Source of the DNA: an uncultured delta proteobacterium
Lineage (GTDB): Bacteria > Desulfobacterota > Desulfobacteria > Desulfobacterales > JAHEIW01
Reading direction: 5' to 3'
Assembly (NCBI GenBank): GCA_963706575.1
Contig: CAVPNL010000015.1
Coordinates: forward strand, 160,001-224,000
Length of the DNA: 64,000 bases
The notes under the pieces are model-generated. The model worked only from the letters and a program-made list of their open reading frames with translations. It searched no databases and had not been told where the DNA came from. Positions 60,902-64,000 of this stretch are shown piece by piece (the stretch's first letter is position 1; every line of letters begins with the position of its first letter). The position numbers were made by a program, and so were the translations under genes.

Positions 60902-63322
60902 ATGGGCAAGGTAAAAAAAGCCATACGCGCTTTGAAAAAGGAGGAAAAGGAGGAACAGGCCGCCAAAGAAGAGGTCAGCGCCGAGGACAGTATCCAAAAG
61001 GCCATGCTCAATCTCAACCAGAACATGAGCACACAGGAGCAGCGCACCTCGATTCCCTTTGAGGAATTTCTCAATGAACTGGTTGCCTATCCAAAAACGG
61101 TGACGCGCAATATTTTTCAGGTGTTTCACGACATGATGAAAGCCTATGTCGGAGAAGGCGTTGATGAATACCTCGATGATCCCGAATCCATCCAATATGC
61201 CAACTACGATTGCAGCAAACTGTTTGTGGAAGGAACAGACAATCCGTTTTTTGCGGACAGATTGTTTGCGAACCGGTTGGTCAAACTGGTAGAAGCCCTC
61301 AAGCGCGGCACCCAGCAAAACAAGATCTATATTTTTAAAGGCCCGCCAGGTTGCGGCAAAAGTACATTTTTAAACAATATGCTCACCAAGTTTGAGGAAT
61401 ATGCCAATACCGATGCCGGCTTGCGCTTTGAAACCGTCTGGCGCTTTGATCGCAAGATATTCGGCCAATTCAGAGATTATGAATCCCATCCCGTACTCAA
61501 GCAGCTATCCAGCCTGCTGGAGGGTTCCGCCCCGGATCTGAATGATTCTGACGGCAACAAAAGCTTGCTGGATTCGCCCGGCAACGCTGAAGAAATGCTC
61601 AATGATTCTCAAGCATCTTATATGGCGGAAGCCTATGTTGAAATCCCCTGCCCGAGTCACGACAATCCCCTGCTGATGATTCCCAAGCATTATCGGCGGG
61701 AATTTTTCGACGATTTATTCAAAAACGATAAATTCAAATGGCAGCTTTCCACCGAAAAAGAATTTGAGTGGGTGTTCAGGGATCAGCCCTGCACGATTTG
61801 CAGTTCACTGTATGACGCGCTTTTATACCGGCTCAAAAGCCCGCAAAGGGTCTTTGAGATGCTGTATGCGCGGCCGTATCGCTTCAGCCGGCGCCTGGGC
61901 GAGGGCATCAGTGTGTTTAACCCCGGCGATCAGCCCTTAAAGCAAAATGTGATGAGCAATATGATGCTCCAGCGGCGGATCAATAATTTACTGAGAGACA
62001 GCAACCGGGTCAAATACATCTTTTCCCAGTATGCCAAAACCAATAATGGGATTTATGCCCTGATGGACATCAAATCTCACAATACCGAGCGCTTAATTGA
62101 GCTGCACAACATTATCAGCGAAGGCATTCATAAAGTGGAGGACATCGAGGAAAACGTGAATTCCCTGCTGCTGGCGGTAATGAACCCTGAAGATGAAAAA
62201 AACATCCAGGGTTTTCAATCCTTCCTGGACCGCGTGGAATACATCAAAATTCCATATGTTATGGACCTGTCCACCGAAGTGGAGATCTACCGCAATATTT
62301 TCGGCCGGCACATTGATGAACGCTTTTTACCACGAGTGCTTCACAATTTTGCCCGGGTCATCATTTCCACCCGTCTGAATGCCAAATCCGACGCGATGCT
62401 GGACTGGATCAGTGAGCCGGCGAGTTATCGTCTTTTTTGTGATGAGAATTTACAACTGCTTAAAATGGAAATCTACACCGGATATATCCCCCCCTGGCTG
62501 TTGAGAAAAGACCGCAAGCGTCTGACCGCCAAGCGGCGGCGTAAAATTATTGCCGAATCGGAAACTGAAGGCGAGAAAGGCATCTCCGGACGGGATTCCA
62601 TTAATATTTTCAATAGGTTTTTCTCGACCTATGCCAAAGAAGACAAACTCATCAATATGTCGGACCTGTGTAACTTTTTCACCAAAGCCCGCAAAGAAAT
62701 TAGAGATTTTATACCCCAGGGATTTTTGGATTCACTGCTGCGGATGTATGATTACACGATCTTACAGGAAGTCAAAGAATCTCTCTATTATTACAATGAA
62801 GAGCAGATTGCCAGAGAGATTAAAAACTACCTGTTCGCAATTAATTTTGAAATTGGCTCGACTGAAACCTGCACCTACACCGGGGAGAAACTGGAAATTA
62901 CCGAAGAATTTCTGGAAAATATTGAAGGCAAGTTGTTGGGTCCCAAAGCGGAACGAAGTCAACGCCTCGTATTTCGGGATGAAACCCAGAAAGAATACAC
63001 CACCAAGACGCTGACCCAGGAGATCATGGTGGAGAACGTTCCAATAGCAGAAACAAAGATTTGTCAGTCCATGCACGACCGTTATGTGCACAACTTGAAG
63101 GAAAAAGTGCTGGATCCCTTTCTTAAAAACGAAAACTTTCGCCGCGCCATCAAAGATTACGATCAAGAGGATTTTAAAACCTACGATAAGCGGATCAGAG
63201 ACGATGTCACCTATCTGATCAATAATTTATGCGAAAAATGCAGATATACGGAACAGGGCGCCAAGGAAATATGCATTTACGTGATTGACAACGACCTGGC
63301 AAAGAAGTTTGCCGAAGCCTAA
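60902..63322 (+). CDS. second, divergent PrkA-family AAA+ protein
   Basis: Walker A GPPGCGKS, CPSHDNPL, EGEKGISGR, YTEQGA. Confidence 0.85.
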   Translation: MGKVKKAIRALKKEEKEEQAAKEEVSAEDSIQKAMLNLNQNMSTQEQRTSIPFEEFLNELVAYPKTVTRNIFQVFHDMMKAYVGEGVDEYLDDPESIQYANYDCSKLFVEGTDNPFFADRLFANRLVKLVEALKRGTQQNKIYIFKGPPGCGKSTFLNNMLTKFEEYANTDAGLRFETVWRFDRKIFGQFRDYESHPVLKQLSSLLEGSAPDLNDSDGNKSLLDSPGNAEEMLNDSQASYMAEAYVEIPCPSHDNPLLMIPKHYRREFFDDLFKNDKFKWQLSTEKEFEWVFRDQPCTICSSLYDALLYRLKSPQRVFEMLYARPYRFSRRLGEGISVFNPGDQPLKQNVMSNMMLQRRINNLLRDSNRVKYIFSQYAKTNNGIYALMDIKSHNTERLIELHNIISEGIHKVEDIEENVNSLLLAVMNPEDEKNIQGFQSFLDRVEYIKIPYVMDLSTEVEIYRNIFGRHIDERFLPRVLHNFARVIISTRLNAKSDAMLDWISEPASYRLFCDENLQLLKMEIYTGYIPPWLLRKDRKRLTAKRRRKIIAESETEGEKGISGRDSINIFNRFFSTYAKEDKLINMSDLCNFFTKARKEIRDFIPQGFLDSLLRMYDYTILQEVKESLYYYNEEQIAREIKNYLFAINFEIGSTETCTYTGEKLEITEEFLENIEGKLLGPKAERSQRLVFRDETQKEYTTKTLTQEIMVENVPIAETKICQSMHDRYVHNLKEKVLDPFLKNENFRRAIKDYDQEDFKTYDKRIRDDVTYLINNLCEKCRYTEQGAKEICIYVIDNDLAKKFAEA

Positions 63323-63413
63323 CGAGGGTGGTATTATGGAGTCTTATAATTCTGAGATTAGAACCTAAAAAAAATTGTAGTATATCTAATATCGATTGAG
63401 TCCTTCCTTTAAA

Positions 63414-63546
63414 AAATTCCCAAGCACCAAATAACAAATATCAAACAATATCCAAATTCCAATCTCCAATGATCCAAACATGTTTTAGATTTGATTCATT
63501 GTATTTTGAGATTTGTTTGGAATTTGAGTTTTGTCATTTGGGATTT
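63414..63546. repeat. inverted heptamer tandem repeat (CAAAT/ATTTG type)
   Basis: AAATTCCCAAGCACCAAATAACAAAT ... ATTTGTTTGGAATTTGAGTTTTGTCATTTGGGATTT. Confidence 0.7.
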
Positions 63547-63553
63547 AGCAAAT

Positions 63554-63733
63554 TCATTTGTTTTGTATCTGCGCTTTAAGACAGTCGCAGTATTCGTCGA
63601 AAATAAAATACATACAGCGATGTTCATAGCTTGATTTTTCAAAAAAGCTGCACTTTTCCTGTTGTTTGGAATCTTCAGCGCTGCAGATGGACATTTTTTC
63701 CTTTTTGCAGTAGTTGGTTTCAGATCTGCTCAT
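63554..63733 (-). CDS. small six-Cys protein (59 aa), below the ORF-track cutoff
   Basis: RBS AGGAGG; MSRSETNYCKKEKMSICSAEDSKQQEKCSFFEKSSYEHRCMYFIFDEYCDCLKAQIQNK. Confidence 0.7.
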   Translation of the reverse strand: MSRSETNYCKKEKMSICSAEDSKQQEKCSFFEKSSYEHRCMYFIFDEYCDCLKAQIQNK

Positions 63734-63782
63734 CTCGGCCTCCTGATCCAGGCTTCGTAACGGTTATTACCATATCTAAAAA

Positions 63783-63797
63783 GCAGAATTCATGCCA
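63783..63797 (-). promoter_or_regulatory. sigma54 promoter of the small Cys-rich gene
   Basis: TGGCAT-GAATT-CTGC on the minus strand. Confidence 0.6.
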
Positions 63798-64000
63798 ATT
63801 TGTTCAGCAATCCGAATCTTTTTTATTTCACGAATAAGTGCGACAGGTTAGCTAAATTCAGGGTTGGGATAGCCTTTGCAGGATTGGCTAAATGTTGTCA
63901 AATCATTGACCATCACGGGTATCGGCGCATGAAAGCGAGTTAATCCATCGTTTGTGGGTAACAATGCCCGAACGCTGAAAGTCGATACTTCAGGTTGAAC

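Overview
Bacterial chromosomal segment; the gene content and intergenic repeat style suggest an anaerobic Desulfobacterota (Desulfobacterales-like) organism, which is an inference. (1) 1-17.4 kb: housekeeping and redox genes (class III aminotransferase, orphan MglA-type GTPase, AI-2E transporter, enoyl-CoA hydratase, cupin, internally deleted sirtuin, ubiquitin-like protein, an OsmC-type gene read through an in-frame UGA that is probably a selenoprotein, FAD oxidoreductase, PepF, PilZ-like/HEAT protein, TrxB-like reductase, thiol-dioxygenase-like cupin, molybdopterin oxidoreductase). (2) 17.5-33.8 kb: an accessory islet bracketed by a 35-bp direct repeat. It carries an ECF sigma/CBM48 anti-sigma module with two matching promoters, Gly-rich and Gln/His-rich secreted proteins, large secreted beta-propeller-type proteins, and a PAS kinase plus sigma54 activator whose apparent operator (two 14-bp boxes 32 bp apart) occurs three times, each near a -24/-12 promoter. 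Many genes here are frameshifted (sequencing error or decay). (3) 34-41 kb: perR-katG, a solitary attC-like site, a thiamine-binding-family protein and an M1 aminopeptidase. (4) 41-55 kb: a rearranged alternative complex III operon running into a cbb3-type oxidase with an apparently split CcoP, and a CcoI ATPase carrying an in-frame four-hairpin insertion. (5) 55-64 kb: sigma54-preceded prkA-yeaH-spoVR-prkA2 operon and an unannotated 59-aa Cys-rich gene. No rRNA, tRNA, CRISPR array, integrase or intact transposase was seen.
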